Below, piece after piece: positions 19,900 to 30,778 of a stretch of DNA of 48,962 bases. The stretch is from positions 1 to 48,962 of the forward strand of contig JAPKBD010000003.1 of assembly GCA_028824965.1 (NCBI GenBank). Reading direction: 5' to 3'. Origin of the DNA: Alphaproteobacteria bacterium. Lineage in GTDB: Bacteria; Pseudomonadota; Alphaproteobacteria; GCA-2731375. The notes below the pieces were generated by a model, which saw only the letters and a program-made list of their open reading frames with translations, ran no database searches and was not told where the DNA came from. Position numbers and translations under genes: made by a program. Position 1 is the stretch's first letter, and every line of letters begins with the position of its first letter.

Positions 19900-21519
19900 A
19901 TGAACGAAGGCTGGGTCAAGCTGAAGAACGCCGGTTATCGGACCCGCCTTTATCGCCTGACCCTGGAACGCCGGTCGGTTGAGCAATTGGCATTTCTGCC
20001 CCATCATCCGTGGCCAGGCGATCAGAGCCGGGCGGATGAGCTGTTTCGCGGGCGCTATCGGTTTGCCGGCCGGGAAGCCAACGCACCGAACCAGCCACCG
20101 TGGCGCTTACGTCCTGACGATCATGAATGGTTGGCGGAATTACACGGTTTTGAATGGCTTTGCCATTTCGAAGCATCGGGCGGCGAGACCGCTCTTGCGC
20201 TCGCCCGCCGGATGGTTCGGTCCTGGATAGATCTGTGTAGCGAGATTGATGCGATCACCTGGTCGCCGGGCGTACTGGGCCAGCGTGTGATATCCTGGTT
20301 AGGTCATGGCCGGTTTTTACTGCAGGATGCGGATGCTGAATTTGCCGAAGCATATTTGACCTCCCTGTCCCTACAATGGAAACATCTGCAACGCACTGTT
20401 GGCGATGCGCAATTTGGTGCGGATCAATTGGTGGCGATGCTGGGACAAATCTATGGTGCCATTGCGTTGCCTGACGAAGACACCGCGCTAAAAAAAGCGT
20501 TGCGGCAAATCGAAGCGCTTATTGAAAATCAGGTCATGCCAGATGGTGGCTATGCCAGTCGCGCACCATCAGATTTGATGTTGATGTTACGGCAATTGAT
20601 CGCACTGCGGGACGCTATTGCGGCATCAGGGCGGTTGGTGCCCGATTGGCTGCACAGTGCAATCCGCCGCACCGCCCCAATGCTGGCAGGACTACGTCAT
20701 GGCGACGGCGGCCTGGCGCTGTTCAACGGCGGCGTCGAGGAAAGCAACGACCGTGTTGAAGCGACCTTGGCCCGCGCTGAGGTGACGATTAAGCCGGTGT
20801 TGAGTGCGACCCAATCCGGGTTCCAGCGACTTGTCGCAGGGGACGCGGTTCTTTTGGCGGACACAAGCGCCCCACCGCCGGGAAAATGGGGCCGTCTTGC
20901 CCATGCGGGCGGTGCCGGGTTTGAGCTGTCCATCGGCAAACGGCGTCTGATAGTCAATTGCGGCAGTGGTCGACAGCGCAATGGGGAATGGCACGAAGCA
21001 GCGCGGGGCACCGCGGCCCATTCAACATTGCATCTGGGGAATGCCAACGCCTGGCCGATCAAGGACAGTGGTGAATTTGGCCCCAAACCAGAACGACTTC
21101 ACTGCCGCCGTCACGAAGATGAGCAGGGCAATAGCTGGCTGAACCTGCATCATGACGGTTATAGCGGACGCTTTGGCCTTATTCATCGACGGCGACTGTA
21201 TCTTGGAGCATCCGGTGAGGACATTCGAGGCGAAGACAGTTTGGAAGGTGTAGGTGTATCGAGCGGACATGACGTTGCTGTGCGTTTTCATTTACACCCC
21301 GATGTCCAAGCTTCTGCCCTGCACGGCGGTTCAGCCGTCTTGTTGCGGATGGCTGATGGCCAGGGTTGGCGTTTTCGGGCCAGCGGTGCCGAAATCTCCA
21401 TAGCGGATAGCGTCTATTTGGGACAAAAGGATCGCATTCGTCGCAGCCAACAGATTGTCCTATCCACAACCACGCAAGAGGCGGGCTGTATTATCAAATG
21501 GGCCTTTCGGCGAGTCTAG
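19900..21519 (+). CDS. Heparinase II/III family protein
   Basis: LHGFEWL, RHGDGGLALFNG, IVNCG, TAAHST and RFHLHP motifs; usual position after rpe. The start may be 19885 or 19900. Confidence 0.85.
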   Translation: MNEGWVKLKNAGYRTRLYRLTLERRSVEQLAFLPHHPWPGDQSRADELFRGRYRFAGREANAPNQPPWRLRPDDHEWLAELHGFEWLCHFEASGGETALALARRMVRSWIDLCSEIDAITWSPGVLGQRVISWLGHGRFLLQDADAEFAEAYLTSLSLQWKHLQRTVGDAQFGADQLVAMLGQIYGAIALPDEDTALKKALRQIEALIENQVMPDGGYASRAPSDLMLMLRQLIALRDAIAASGRLVPDWLHSAIRRTAPMLAGLRHGDGGLALFNGGVEESNDRVEATLARAEVTIKPVLSATQSGFQRLVAGDAVLLADTSAPPPGKWGRLAHAGGAGFELSIGKRRLIVNCGSGRQRNGEWHEAARGTAAHSTLHLGNANAWPIKDSGEFGPKPERLHCRRHEDEQGNSWLNLHHDGYSGRFGLIHRRRLYLGASGEDIRGEDSLEGVGVSSGHDVAVRFHLHPDVQASALHGGSAVLLRMADGQGWRFRASGAEISIADSVYLGQKDRIRRSQQIVLSTTTQEAGCIIKWAFRRV

Positions 21520-22193
21520 TTCACAATCGTTCGAACGCCATCGTCACTGCCAAGTAAAATACACTCTGTCATGCCACAAAACAGGCCGTGCTCTACAACG
21601 CCAGGCCACAAAGATATTGTTCGGGCCAGGTCAGCCGGTTTCGAAATTGTGGCACCAAACGCGCAATCCAAGATCCAGTGATTTTCATCCGTGCGAAACG
21701 CCGTGCCGTCCGCAGCTTGGCGCAACGTCACCTTGGCGCCCATATTGGACAAACGTTGGCTCAACGGCTGGCGGGCCATGGGAATAATTTCCACAGGTAA
21801 GGGAAACTGCCCCAATGCTGCCACTTCCTTGCTGGCATCGGCAATGACGACGAAGCGTTTTGCGGCCCCTGCGACAATTTTCTCCCGCAGTAACGCACCG
21901 CCACCGCCCTTTATCAGATTGAGGGCGCCGTCAAACTCATCTGCCCCATCGACTGCTAGATCCAAGATTGGCGTATCGTCGAGATTGGTCAATGTAATGC
22001 TAAATTCACGACATAAGTCAGCGCTGCGGTCCGACGTTGGGACGCCGGAGACAGACAATCCATCGGCCACCCGAGCACCAAGCAAACGGATAAAATGTTC
22101 CGCCGTTGACCCCGTGCCAATGCCAAGAAGCATGCCATCCTGCACCAATTCCACAGCTGCCGCAGCGGCCAAACGTTTTGCCTCATCACTCAT
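21516..22193 (-). CDS. rpiA: Ribose-5-phosphate isomerase A
   Basis: [24 protein letters not shown] and GVVEHGLF motifs. Confidence 0.96.
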   Translation of the reverse strand: MSDEAKRLAAAAAVELVQDGMLLGIGTGSTAEHFIRLLGARVADGLSVSGVPTSDRSADLCREFSITLTNLDDTPILDLAVDGADEFDGALNLIKGGGGALLREKIVAGAAKRFVVIADASKEVAALGQFPLPVEIIPMARQPLSQRLSNMGAKVTLRQAADGTAFRTDENHWILDCAFGATISKPADLARTISLWPGVVEHGLFCGMTECILLGSDDGVRTIVN

Positions 22194-22265
22194 GCGTGGA
22201 ACCTTTTTTCTATGGTCATCGTATGTAGCGTTTCCGTTCACTTCGATCCAGGCTATATGTTCGCC

Positions 22266-22874
22266 ATGTCAAAATCTGTAAGTAATACCTCCTCCATAAA
22301 TCCAATTCTCAAACTGGCTTTGGAAGTCGGGCCTTTGGCGCTGTTTTTTGTGTCCAATGCGCGCCTCGGAATTTTTTGGGCGACGGGCGTTTTCATGGCC
22401 GCGATCTTTGTCTCGCTATCCATAACCTGGATGCTGGAACGTCGATTGCCGACCCTGCCACTGGTCACGGGTGTATTTGTCCTGGTTTTCGGCGGCCTGA
22501 CCCTAATTCTGCAGGACGAGCTGTTCATCAAGCTGAAGCCCACCATCGTCAATACCTTGTTCGCCGTAATCCTTTTAGGCGGATTGTTCTGGGGTAAATC
22601 GTTTTTGAAAACCGTGATGGGCTCAATGTTCCCCATGACGGATCAAGGCTGGCGCATACTGACATTTCGCTGGGCCTTGTTCTTTGTCTTTTTGGCAATC
22701 GTGAATGAGATTGTATGGCGCAATACATCGACGGATGATTGGGTCAGTTTTAAGGTTTTTGGCATTATGCCGATGACCATTCTGTTTTCTCTTGCGCAAC
22801 TGCCGACAATGAATCGCCACAAACTGCCCGAAGATGTGCCCGAAGATGTGCATTTTGATGGAAATGGAACCTGA
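22266..22874 (+). CDS. yciB: Inner membrane protein YciB (septation protein A/IspZ)
   Basis: [19 protein letters not shown] and WVSFKVFG motifs. Confidence 0.92.
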   Translation: MSKSVSNTSSINPILKLALEVGPLALFFVSNARLGIFWATGVFMAAIFVSLSITWMLERRLPTLPLVTGVFVLVFGGLTLILQDELFIKLKPTIVNTLFAVILLGGLFWGKSFLKTVMGSMFPMTDQGWRILTFRWALFFVFLAIVNEIVWRNTSTDDWVSFKVFGIMPMTILFSLAQLPTMNRHKLPEDVPEDVHFDGNGT

Positions 22875-23482
22875 TGTTTCAGGGCCGGGATATCGCATGT
22901 GAGCGAGGCGAACGGCGGATATTTACGGGTCTGAATTTTGTGATCACGCCCGGTCAGGCGCTGGTTCTGCGCGGGCCCAACGGTTGCGGCAAGACAAGTT
23001 TACTGCGCATCTCCGCAACCCTGCTGACGGCAGCCGATGGGGCATTAACCTGGAATGGCAGCGATATTGCAGAAAACCCCGAAGGCCATCGGGCCAATCT
23101 GCACTACATCGGTCACCAAGACGCTGTAAAGGGCGCCCTGACAGTCCGTGAGAACATCGCTATGTGGGCCAAAATCAGGGCGACAGCCACTGATCATACA
23201 GAGGCAGCTATGGCGGCATTCGATATCACGCATCTGGCAGATACGCCGGCACAGTATTTATCAGCAGGCCAGCACCGACGCACCGCATTGGCGCGCCTGG
23301 TTGCCAGCCCGGCGAAACTTTGGCTGCTTGATGAACCTACCGTGTCCTTGGACCAGGCAGGCACTGAATGTTTGCAGCAAGCCATTGCGACCCATCAAGC
23401 CAAGAACGGCATGGTTATGGCCGCAACCCATATTGAACTGGGTTTGGATGACGCGGAAATATTGCAGTTGAAACCACAATGA
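22874..23482 (+). CDS. ccmA: Heme ABC exporter ATP-binding protein
   Basis: Walker A GPNGCGKT, LSAGQ signature, WLLDEP. Confidence 0.95.
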   Translation: MFQGRDIACERGERRIFTGLNFVITPGQALVLRGPNGCGKTSLLRISATLLTAADGALTWNGSDIAENPEGHRANLHYIGHQDAVKGALTVRENIAMWAKIRATATDHTEAAMAAFDITHLADTPAQYLSAGQHRRTALARLVASPAKLWLLDEPTVSLDQAGTECLQQAIATHQAKNGMVMAATHIELGLDDAEILQLKPQ

Positions 23483-24144
23483 AGATATTTCTGGCGATCA
23501 TCTCCCGCGATATGCTTCTTGCCGTCCGCCAGGGAGGCGCTACATTTCTTGCGCTTATCTTCTTTCTTTTGACTGTTACCTTATTCCCATTAGGCATTGG
23601 CCCGGAACCAGCCATTCTGGCGCGGGTTGCGCCGGGCGTTCTTTGGGTTGCCGCACTTTTGGCTGCAATGTTGTCCCTTGACCGGCTTTTCCAGGCGGAT
23701 TTCGAAGACGGCAGCCTGGAACAATTGACCCTTTCGGGCCTGCCGCTCAGCCTGATCGTTCTGGCAAAAATCATCACACATTGGCTGACTACTGGTTTAC
23801 CATTGCTGTTGGCGGCACCTGTATTGGCTGTATTATTGAACATGAACGATGAAGGCTTTGAAGCGTTGCTGCTGACCATGTTGATCGGCACGCCGGCATT
23901 GAGCCTGATCGGTGCCATTGGCGCAGCCTTAACCTTGACCGTACGGAGAGGCGGTGTCTTGCTATCACTGTTGGTTCTGCCGCTCTATATTCCTGTGTTG
24001 ATTTTTGGTGTTTCCGCTATCGATGCCGCCGTTCATGGCTTGAATGCCAAGCCTCATTTACTGCTTTTGGCCGCCCTGACCGTGGCTGCTATACCGCTTT
24101 GCCCGTGGGCTGCCGCCGCAGCTGTAAAATTGTCGTTGGAATAG
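23479..24144 (+). CDS. ccmB: Heme exporter permease
   Basis: DFEDGSLEQL and LPLYIPVLIFG motifs. Confidence 0.95.
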   Translation: MKIFLAIISRDMLLAVRQGGATFLALIFFLLTVTLFPLGIGPEPAILARVAPGVLWVAALLAAMLSLDRLFQADFEDGSLEQLTLSGLPLSLIVLAKIITHWLTTGLPLLLAAPVLAVLLNMNDEGFEALLLTMLIGTPALSLIGAIGAALTLTVRRGGVLLSLLVLPLYIPVLIFGVSAIDAAVHGLNAKPHLLLLAALTVAAIPLCPWAAAAAVKLSLE

Positions 24145-24228
24145 TGCATTTACACCTCACCAAACCGCGACAATTTGTTACCCTTCCGGTGCTTGCACCT
24201 AACGGAAGAGGGGTCTAAACCTCGAACC

Positions 24229-24954
24229 ATGTCGATACATTATTTTGCAAATCCCACACGATTTACACGGCTGGCTGGACGCGTCCAACCTTGGGCCGCT
24301 GGTTTAACTGTCGTCTTGCTGTTGATTGGCCTTTATCTGGCGTTGATTGAGGCGCCGGCGGACTATCAACAGGGCGATACGGTTCGGATCATGTTTGTAC
24401 ATGTGCCCGCCGCATGGATGGCAATGTTCTGCTATTCGTTCCTGGCTGTGGCAAGCGCTATCGCGTTGATCTGGCGGCACCCATTGGCGGATTTAGCCGC
24501 CAAGGCATCAGCTCCCATTGGTGCCAGCTTTACATTTCTGGCTCTGGTTACAGGCTCCATCTGGGGCAAGCCTATGTGGGGTACGTGGTGGGTATGGGAT
24601 GCCCGGCTAACGTCCGTGTTGATCTTGTTCTTTCTATACCTGGGCTATATGGCCCTATGGGAGGCTATAGAGGATGGGCAAAAGGCGGGCAAAGCGGCAG
24701 CCGTACTGGCACTGGTTGGTGCAGTAAATGTACCGATTATCAAGTTTTCGGTGGATTGGTGGAACACCCTGCATCAACCCGCCAGTGTTATGCGCATGGA
24801 TGGGCCTGCGATCCATCCTTCAATGCTGTGGCCGCTATTGATTATGGCTCTGGCGTTCCAGACCTATTTCGTCACGTTGTTGCTGGCCCGCATGCGCATG
24901 GAATTGAATTTGCGGCGTATTCGCGCCCTGCGCCTGGCAGAACGAACGAGCTAG
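24229..24954 (+). CDS. ccmC: Heme exporter protein CcmC
   Basis: HVP, WGKPMWGTWWVWDARLT (WWD motif) and WWNTLHQ. Confidence 0.96.
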   Translation: MSIHYFANPTRFTRLAGRVQPWAAGLTVVLLLIGLYLALIEAPADYQQGDTVRIMFVHVPAAWMAMFCYSFLAVASAIALIWRHPLADLAAKASAPIGASFTFLALVTGSIWGKPMWGTWWVWDARLTSVLILFFLYLGYMALWEAIEDGQKAGKAAAVLALVGAVNVPIIKFSVDWWNTLHQPASVMRMDGPAIHPSMLWPLLIMALAFQTYFVTLLLARMRMELNLRRIRALRLAERTS

Positions 24955-24963
24955 GGCGAGGAA

Positions 24964-25155
24964 ATGGAAAGCATGGAACAATTTTTCGCGATGGGGGGAT
25001 ATGGCGGCTTTGTCTGGTCCTCATTTGGCATCGCCCTGATAGTCATGGCATTTTTATGGTTTGTATCCATGCGCGGCTGGCGTAAATCTGAAGAAGCGTT
25101 GTTGGTCCTGCGGCAGCATCGGCGGCAGCGGAGGGATATTGAAAATGACGCGTAA
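24964..25155 (+). CDS. ccmD: Heme exporter protein CcmD
   Basis: [15 protein letters not shown], a single TM and a basic tail; lies between ccmC and ccmE. Confidence 0.9.
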   Translation: MESMEQFFAMGGYGGFVWSSFGIALIVMAFLWFVSMRGWRKSEEALLVLRQHRRQRRDIENDA

Positions 25156-25600
25156 ACGACGGCGGCTATATATCGTCGGCGGTTTCATGCTGTTATTTGC
25201 AACTGCGGCTGCCTTGGTGTTGGCGGCGTTTGAGGAGAATATCGTATTCTTCTATTCGCCAACAGAACTCGCCCGCATAATGGAACAACAACCTATCCCA
25301 CCTGAACGCCGCTTGCGTATCGGTGGCTTGGTTGTAGAAGGCTCCGTTGGCCGCGATACGGATGGCGTCACAATAACTTTTCGCGTAACAGATACAGTCG
25401 AAGTCGTGCCAGTGAAATTTCGCGGCTTGCTGCCGGATCTGTTTCGAGAAGGTCAAGGTATCGTTGCGGAGGGGAACATGGCCAGGGACGGCACATTTGT
25501 TGCGTCAGAAGTCCTCGCCAAGCATGATGAAACTTATATGCCAAAAGAAGTTGCGGAGGCTTTGAAAGCAGCCGGGCAATGGCAGGGGGATCAAGAATGA
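25145..25600 (+). CDS. ccmE: Heme chaperone CcmE
   Basis: [16 protein letters not shown] and LAKHDETY (heme-binding His). Confidence 0.96.
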   Translation: MTRKRRRLYIVGGFMLLFATAAALVLAAFEENIVFFYSPTELARIMEQQPIPPERRLRIGGLVVEGSVGRDTDGVTITFRVTDTVEVVPVKFRGLLPDLFREGQGIVAEGNMARDGTFVASEVLAKHDETYMPKEVAEALKAAGQWQGDQE

Positions 25601-26559
25601 ACGAAACGCCGAATGGGGAAAAGCCATGTGTTCTGTTGATCGAACCAATGCCAAGTTGGACCATCGAGCGGGCCCGGGATGAGTTTGACCTGATAGTACT
25701 GCCGCACGAAAGCAAAAGACCTCAAAAATTTCTGGACAATGTGGATCGCATCCGCGGCATCGCCATGCCCGGCTTTGCCACAGTTGACGCGTCCTTAATG
25801 TCTCTATTGCCGAACCTGGAAATTGTCGCCTGTTTTGGTGTTGGTTATGATGGGGCTGATGTGTCCTACGCACAGGCAAATGGCGTTGCCGTAACCAACA
25901 CACCTGATGTGTTGACTGACTGCGTCGCTGATTTAGGCATGGCACTGATCCTGGCATGCCTGCGTAGAATTGTCGTAGGCGACCGCTATGTACGTGCGGG
26001 ACGATGGAAAAGCGAAGGCATCATGGCATTAAATGATGCACCCCGAGGCCGCTGTCTTGGCATTGTCGGTATGGGCCGTATTGGGTTGGAGCTCGCCAAA
26101 CGGGCGGAAGTTTTTGGCATGTCTATCGCCTACTATAATCGCAGCGAACGGGGCGACGTTCCCTACCCCTACTACGCATCCACCAAGGCTTTGGCAGAGG
26201 CTTGCGACGTCCTGGCCCTGACCTGCCCTGGCGGCGAAGCGACCCAGAATATGATCGATGGCGATGTATTGCAGGCCTTGGGGCCGAAAGGATATCTCGT
26301 CAATATCGCCCGTGGCACTGTCGTTGATGAAGCTGCATTGGTACAGGCCTTGTCAGAGCAAACGATCGCTGGTGCCGGCATTGATGTTTTTGTTGATGAA
26401 CCAAATGTACCTGAAGCACTGTTTGGGATGGAGAATGTCGTTTTGCAGCCGCATCAGGCCAGCGCAACTATAGAAACCAGAACAGCTATGGGAAATCTGA
26501 CTATCGATAATTTGCTGGCGCAATTTGGCAGCCGGCCTTTACCAAATCAGGTGGCCTGA
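25597..26559 (+). CDS. D-isomer-specific 2-hydroxyacid dehydrogenase
   Basis: [32 protein letters not shown] and PHQAS motifs. The ATG overlaps the ccmE stop. Confidence 0.92.
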   Translation: MNETPNGEKPCVLLIEPMPSWTIERARDEFDLIVLPHESKRPQKFLDNVDRIRGIAMPGFATVDASLMSLLPNLEIVACFGVGYDGADVSYAQANGVAVTNTPDVLTDCVADLGMALILACLRRIVVGDRYVRAGRWKSEGIMALNDAPRGRCLGIVGMGRIGLELAKRAEVFGMSIAYYNRSERGDVPYPYYASTKALAEACDVLALTCPGGEATQNMIDGDVLQALGPKGYLVNIARGTVVDEAALVQALSEQTIAGAGIDVFVDEPNVPEALFGMENVVLQPHQASATIETRTAMGNLTIDNLLAQFGSRPLPNQVA

Positions 26560-26563
26560 ACTG

Positions 26564-27652
26564 ATGACAGAATTACATCGCGTCCCGGCGGAGACATTGC
26601 GCCAACAATTGCGCAGCATATTTGTTGCATGGGGCATGTCCGAAGATCTGATCGAACCAACGGTCGATGTCATGGCGGAGACGGATTTACGGGGCATCGA
26701 TTCCCATGGCATAGGAATGATGCCACTTTATGCGGAATTGCGCAGCCAAGGCCGTATTACAATGCAGCCCGACATCAAGGTGGTGCGTGAGACACCGGTA
26801 ACCGCATTAATCGATGGCGGCAACAGTCTCGGCCACGGACCATCCACTATAGCCATGAAGCTGGCAATCAAGAAAGCCAAAGCGGCCGGCTTGGCCGCCG
26901 TCACCGTGCGTCGTTCCCGGCATTATGGTGCTGCGGGTGCCTATGCCTTGATGGCAGCGCGTGAAGGCCTGATCGGTTTGGCCAGTACGAATGCGGGCAG
27001 CAAGGCGATTGTCCCCACACGGGCGAAGGAACCGGTATTTGGCACCAACCCAATTGCCTTTGCCGCACCTGCCAAAAACAACAAACCGTTCGTAATCGAT
27101 ATGGCGACGAGCACGGTCGCCGTCGGCAAGGTCAAACTGGCTGTCTACAATGACAAGCCACTACCAGATGGCTGGGTCGTAGATCCCAATGGTGCAGGTG
27201 TTGGCAATGCTGCGGATGCCTTCGATGGCTTTGGCCGTCTGGCGGAAGGCTATGGCGTTACGCCCTTAGGCGGATTAGCATCGTTAAGCAGCCACAAAGG
27301 CTATGGCTTGGCAGGAATGGTGGAAATCTTGTGTAGTATGTTGCCTGGCGCGCCATTTATTGGCGCGATGGATGATAAGAGCAAACATCATACGGGGCAT
27401 TTTTTCCTTGTTATCGATCCTAGCGCCTTTCGGGATGAAGGTGAGTTTGAGGGAGAGGTTGATGATATGATCAATCATCTGCGTGGGCTGGCGCCTGCCG
27501 ATCCGAACCTGCCCGTCCTGGTGCCGGGCGATCCGGAAGATTTGGCCTATGCAGACCGGATGGAGAATGGCGTGCCAGTCCCCGAAATGTTGATGCAAGC
27601 CATGGCGGGTGTCTGCCGGGACGCCAATGTTGAATTCCTATTACGCGGATAA
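26564..27652 (+). CDS. Ldh_2 (type 2 malate/L-lactate/sulfolactate dehydrogenase) family oxidoreductase
   Basis: DLRGIDSHG, HYG, GTNPIAFAAP, DMATS, HKGYGL and VPGD motifs. Confidence 0.9.
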   Translation: MTELHRVPAETLRQQLRSIFVAWGMSEDLIEPTVDVMAETDLRGIDSHGIGMMPLYAELRSQGRITMQPDIKVVRETPVTALIDGGNSLGHGPSTIAMKLAIKKAKAAGLAAVTVRRSRHYGAAGAYALMAAREGLIGLASTNAGSKAIVPTRAKEPVFGTNPIAFAAPAKNNKPFVIDMATSTVAVGKVKLAVYNDKPLPDGWVVDPNGAGVGNAADAFDGFGRLAEGYGVTPLGGLASLSSHKGYGLAGMVEILCSMLPGAPFIGAMDDKSKHHTGHFFLVIDPSAFRDEGEFEGEVDDMINHLRGLAPADPNLPVLVPGDPEDLAYADRMENGVPVPEMLMQAMAGVCRDANVEFLLRG

Positions 27653-27690
27653 TTCAAAATAGTGATGTTGGATAGACAGGGGATACGCAG

Positions 27691-29700
27691 ATGATCGCAG
27701 AATTAGGGCACTACGCACTTGTACTGGCGCTATCGGTTGCGATCATACAAGCAACCGTCCCCTTGATTGGTGCCTGGCGCGGCGATCCCGGATGGATCGG
27801 TCTGGCAAAACCGTCGGCAATTATACAATGTCTGCTGGTCACGGTCGCCTTTGCCGCATTGATGCATGCCTATATTACCTCTGATTTCTCAGTTCTGAAT
27901 GTTGCAACCAATTCCCATTCCGCAAAGCCATTGCTTTATAAGATCTCCGGCGTTTGGGGCAATCATGAAGGCTCGCTGCTGTTATGGTTGCTGATCCTGG
28001 TGTTGTTTGGTGCAGCCGTGGCGGTATTTGGCGGCAATCTTCCCGCACCATTCCGGGCGCGGGTACTATCCGTGCAGGCGATGATCGGTGTTGGGTTTCT
28101 GTGTTTTGTGCTTTTCACCTCGAACCCGTTCGAAAGACTTTTGCCCGCGCCTATCGATGGCAGTGGACTGAACCCGTTATTGCAGGATCCCGGATTGGCA
28201 TTCCATCCACCGTTCCTGTACCTCGGCTATGTAGGTTTCTCCATGGCATTTTCATTCGCTGTTGCGGCCTTGATCGAGGGCCGGGTGGATGCAGCCTGGG
28301 CCCGCTGGGTCCGGCCTTGGACCCTGGCCGCATGGTGCTTCCTGACGACCGGCATCGCAATGGGGTCCTGGTGGGCCTATTACGAATTGGGTTGGGGCGG
28401 CTGGTGGTTCTGGGATCCCGTCGAAAATGCGTCATTCATGCCTTGGTTGGCGGGCACCGCACTGCTGCATTCATCCATCGTTGTGGAAAAGCGGGACAGC
28501 CTGAAAAACTGGACGGTGCTGTTGGCCATTTTGACATTTTCGTTGAGCCTACTGGGAACATTTTTGGTTCGTTCCGGCGTACTGACATCGGTTCATGCCT
28601 TCGCCACTGATCCAGCCCGGGGTATATTTATTCTGGCCTTCCTTATTGCAGTCATCGCTGGCTCATTGACCCTGTATGCTTTCCGGGCACCCGCCATAAA
28701 GGGCGGCGGCCTGTTCGCGCCTATCAGCCGAGAAGGCGGACTGGTGTTGAATAACCTGCTTCTTTCGACAGCCTGCGCCACTGTTTTGCTGGGAACATTG
28801 TATCCATTATTCTTGGACGCCCTGACGGGAGAAAAAATTACCGTCGGACCGCCTTATTTCAACGCAACGTTCGGGCCCCTTATGGTTCCGGTGTTTCTGG
28901 CTATGGCTTTTGGGCCTATGCTGCATTGGAAGCGCGGCGATCTACAAGGTGCGATGCAAAGATTGAAGTTTGCCGTTTCTGCATCCGTCGTCGCCCTTTT
29001 CGCAACCCTGATTTTTGCGTATGACGGCCCTTGGCTTGCTATCCCTGGCATCGCCATAGGTGTGTGGATGATCGCCGCCGCATTGGAGGAAGCCGCCTAT
29101 CGCATACGATTGTTCCGGGTGCCGGTTACCGAAAGTCTGCGCAGGCTTTGGCGCTCCCCCCGCTCTGCCTGGGGCACTACTTTTGCCCATGCTGGTGCTG
29201 GCATGGTGATTATTGGCATCGTTGCATCCTCCGCCTGGCAGGTGGAAAAGCTACAAATCATGAAGCCGGGGGAAAGTGTTTCTGTCGGTGGCTATGATTT
29301 TACCTTTGAAGGCGCCGCACCTATACCAGGCCCGAACTATTCTGCCGTACGGGGTGTCTTTCAAATCAGTCGCGATGGCGTTGATATTGCGGTGCTACAG
29401 CCCGAATCCCGCACCTATCAGGACCCGCCCATGGACACTACAGAGGCGGCGATCCGCACCAGCTGGGGTGGCGATCTGTATGCGGTAATCGGCGACCCAA
29501 CGGGCGATGGTTCGTGGTCCACACGATTTTACAACAAACCCATGATCCACTGGATCTGGATGGGTGCGTTGATCATGGTCTTTGGTGGCTTGGTCTCGTT
29601 AAGTGATCGCCGCCATCGCGTCGGTGCACCCGTGCGCGGCAAGGCAGCCAAGGTGGCGGCGCAATCAAAATCACCCTCAACACCGGTGGTGGCGAAATAA
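27691..29700 (+). CDS. ccmF: Cytochrome c heme lyase subunit
   Basis: WGNHEGS, HPPFLYLGY, WAYYELGWGGWWFWDPVENAS and SVHAF motifs. Confidence 0.97.
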   Translation: MIAELGHYALVLALSVAIIQATVPLIGAWRGDPGWIGLAKPSAIIQCLLVTVAFAALMHAYITSDFSVLNVATNSHSAKPLLYKISGVWGNHEGSLLLWLLILVLFGAAVAVFGGNLPAPFRARVLSVQAMIGVGFLCFVLFTSNPFERLLPAPIDGSGLNPLLQDPGLAFHPPFLYLGYVGFSMAFSFAVAALIEGRVDAAWARWVRPWTLAAWCFLTTGIAMGSWWAYYELGWGGWWFWDPVENASFMPWLAGTALLHSSIVVEKRDSLKNWTVLLAILTFSLSLLGTFLVRSGVLTSVHAFATDPARGIFILAFLIAVIAGSLTLYAFRAPAIKGGGLFAPISREGGLVLNNLLLSTACATVLLGTLYPLFLDALTGEKITVGPPYFNATFGPLMVPVFLAMAFGPMLHWKRGDLQGAMQRLKFAVSASVVALFATLIFAYDGPWLAIPGIAIGVWMIAAALEEAAYRIRLFRVPVTESLRRLWRSPRSAWGTTFAHAGAGMVIIGIVASSAWQVEKLQIMKPGESVSVGGYDFTFEGAAPIPGPNYSAVRGVFQISRDGVDIAVLQPESRTYQDPPMDTTEAAIRTSWGGDLYAVIGDPTGDGSWSTRFYNKPMIHWIWMGALIMVFGGLVSLSDRRHRVGAPVRGKAAKVAAQSKSPSTPVVAK

Positions 29701-30290
29701 TGTCAGTCGAACCAAATCAGCCTCTGCCAGAGGAAACGCCGCGGCGAATTTGGTTTCGGCTGGTGCCTCTTGCCATCGCCTTGATTATCGGCGGTTTCCT
29801 ATTTGCGGGTTTAAGCTTACGACCCAAAGAAATCCCGTCTGTCCTGATTGGCAAAGACGTACCGATATTTGACCTTCCCGCCCTGCCAGGACGCCCGAAC
29901 GGCCTGAAATCAGCGGATTTGAAGGGCCAGGTATCTTTGATCAATGTCTTTGCGTCCTGGTGCGTTTCATGCCGGGCGGAACATCCGCTTTTCATGAAGC
30001 TGAAGGCCCAGAATATCGTGCCGGTGCATGGCCTCAGCTACAAGGACGAGGGCCCCGCCGCCATGGGTTGGCTGCAACGATATGGCGATCCCTATGATCG
30101 GGTCGGTGCGGATTTGACGGGCCGGGTTGGCATTGACTGGGGCGTTTATGGCGTGCCGGAGACTTTTTTGATCAACGCGGAAGGGCGCATCGTTTGCAAA
30201 CACATTGGCCCTGTCATGGATCGCGACCTGCAGGAAAAGCTATTGCCGGCAATTGCCGCTTTGAAACAAGGTGGCACAGCGAAATGTTGA
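29700..30290 (+). CDS. ccmG: Thiol:disulfide interchange protein DsbE/CcmG
   Basis: N-terminal TM, ASWCVSC and GVYGVPETF. Confidence 0.94.
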   Translation: MSVEPNQPLPEETPRRIWFRLVPLAIALIIGGFLFAGLSLRPKEIPSVLIGKDVPIFDLPALPGRPNGLKSADLKGQVSLINVFASWCVSCRAEHPLFMKLKAQNIVPVHGLSYKDEGPAAMGWLQRYGDPYDRVGADLTGRVGIDWGVYGVPETFLINAEGRIVCKHIGPVMDRDLQEKLLPAIAALKQGGTAKC

Positions 30291-30778
30291 TCCCCTTTCT
30301 GCGCCATCTAATCACAGTCTTTTTTGTTCTTGGTTTGGCGGGGTCTGCAGGATCCGCGGGGGCCGTCGCTGTCGACAGACCGATGGACGACCCGGCTCTT
30401 GAGGCCCGGGCGCGCGCCATTCACAAACAGCTGCGCTGTCTGGTTTGTCAAAACCAGTCCATCGAGGATTCCAATGCATCGCTGGCCCGGGATCTACGTA
30501 TTTTGGTGCGCGACCGCATTGCGATGGGTGATAGCGACGATGCTACCATTCGCTACATCGTAGAACGTTATGGTGATTGGGTACTTCTGCGACCACCTGT
30601 AAAAGCCGGAACCATTCTACTTTGGCTTGGTCCAGTGCTTTTTTTGGCGCTGGCGGTCATGTTGATCATCGTTTGGTATCGACGGCAAAAAGCGCCCATT
30701 GCGGCGATTAACACGCCGCTTGACGAGGTGGAACAAGCACGCCTGAAAGCCATTATGGGAAATGAGGACCGAGTATGA
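30284..30778 (+). CDS. ccmH: Cytochrome c biogenesis protein CcmH/CycL
   Basis: LRCLVCQNQSI and RYGDWVL motifs, C-terminal TM. Confidence 0.94.
   Translation: MLIPFLRHLITVFFVLGLAGSAGSAGAVAVDRPMDDPALEARARAIHKQLRCLVCQNQSIEDSNASLARDLRILVRDRIAMGDSDDATIRYIVERYGDWVLLRPPVKAGTILLWLGPVLFLALAVMLIIVWYRRQKAPIAAINTPLDEVEQARLKAIMGNEDRV

Noticed and set aside
22827-22851. 12-bp tandem duplication at the yciB 3' end (PEDVPEDV), and a similar one in ccmI at 31681-31704
   Set aside because: These are two-copy in-frame micro-duplications in flexible regions, not CRISPR repeats or contingency loci.
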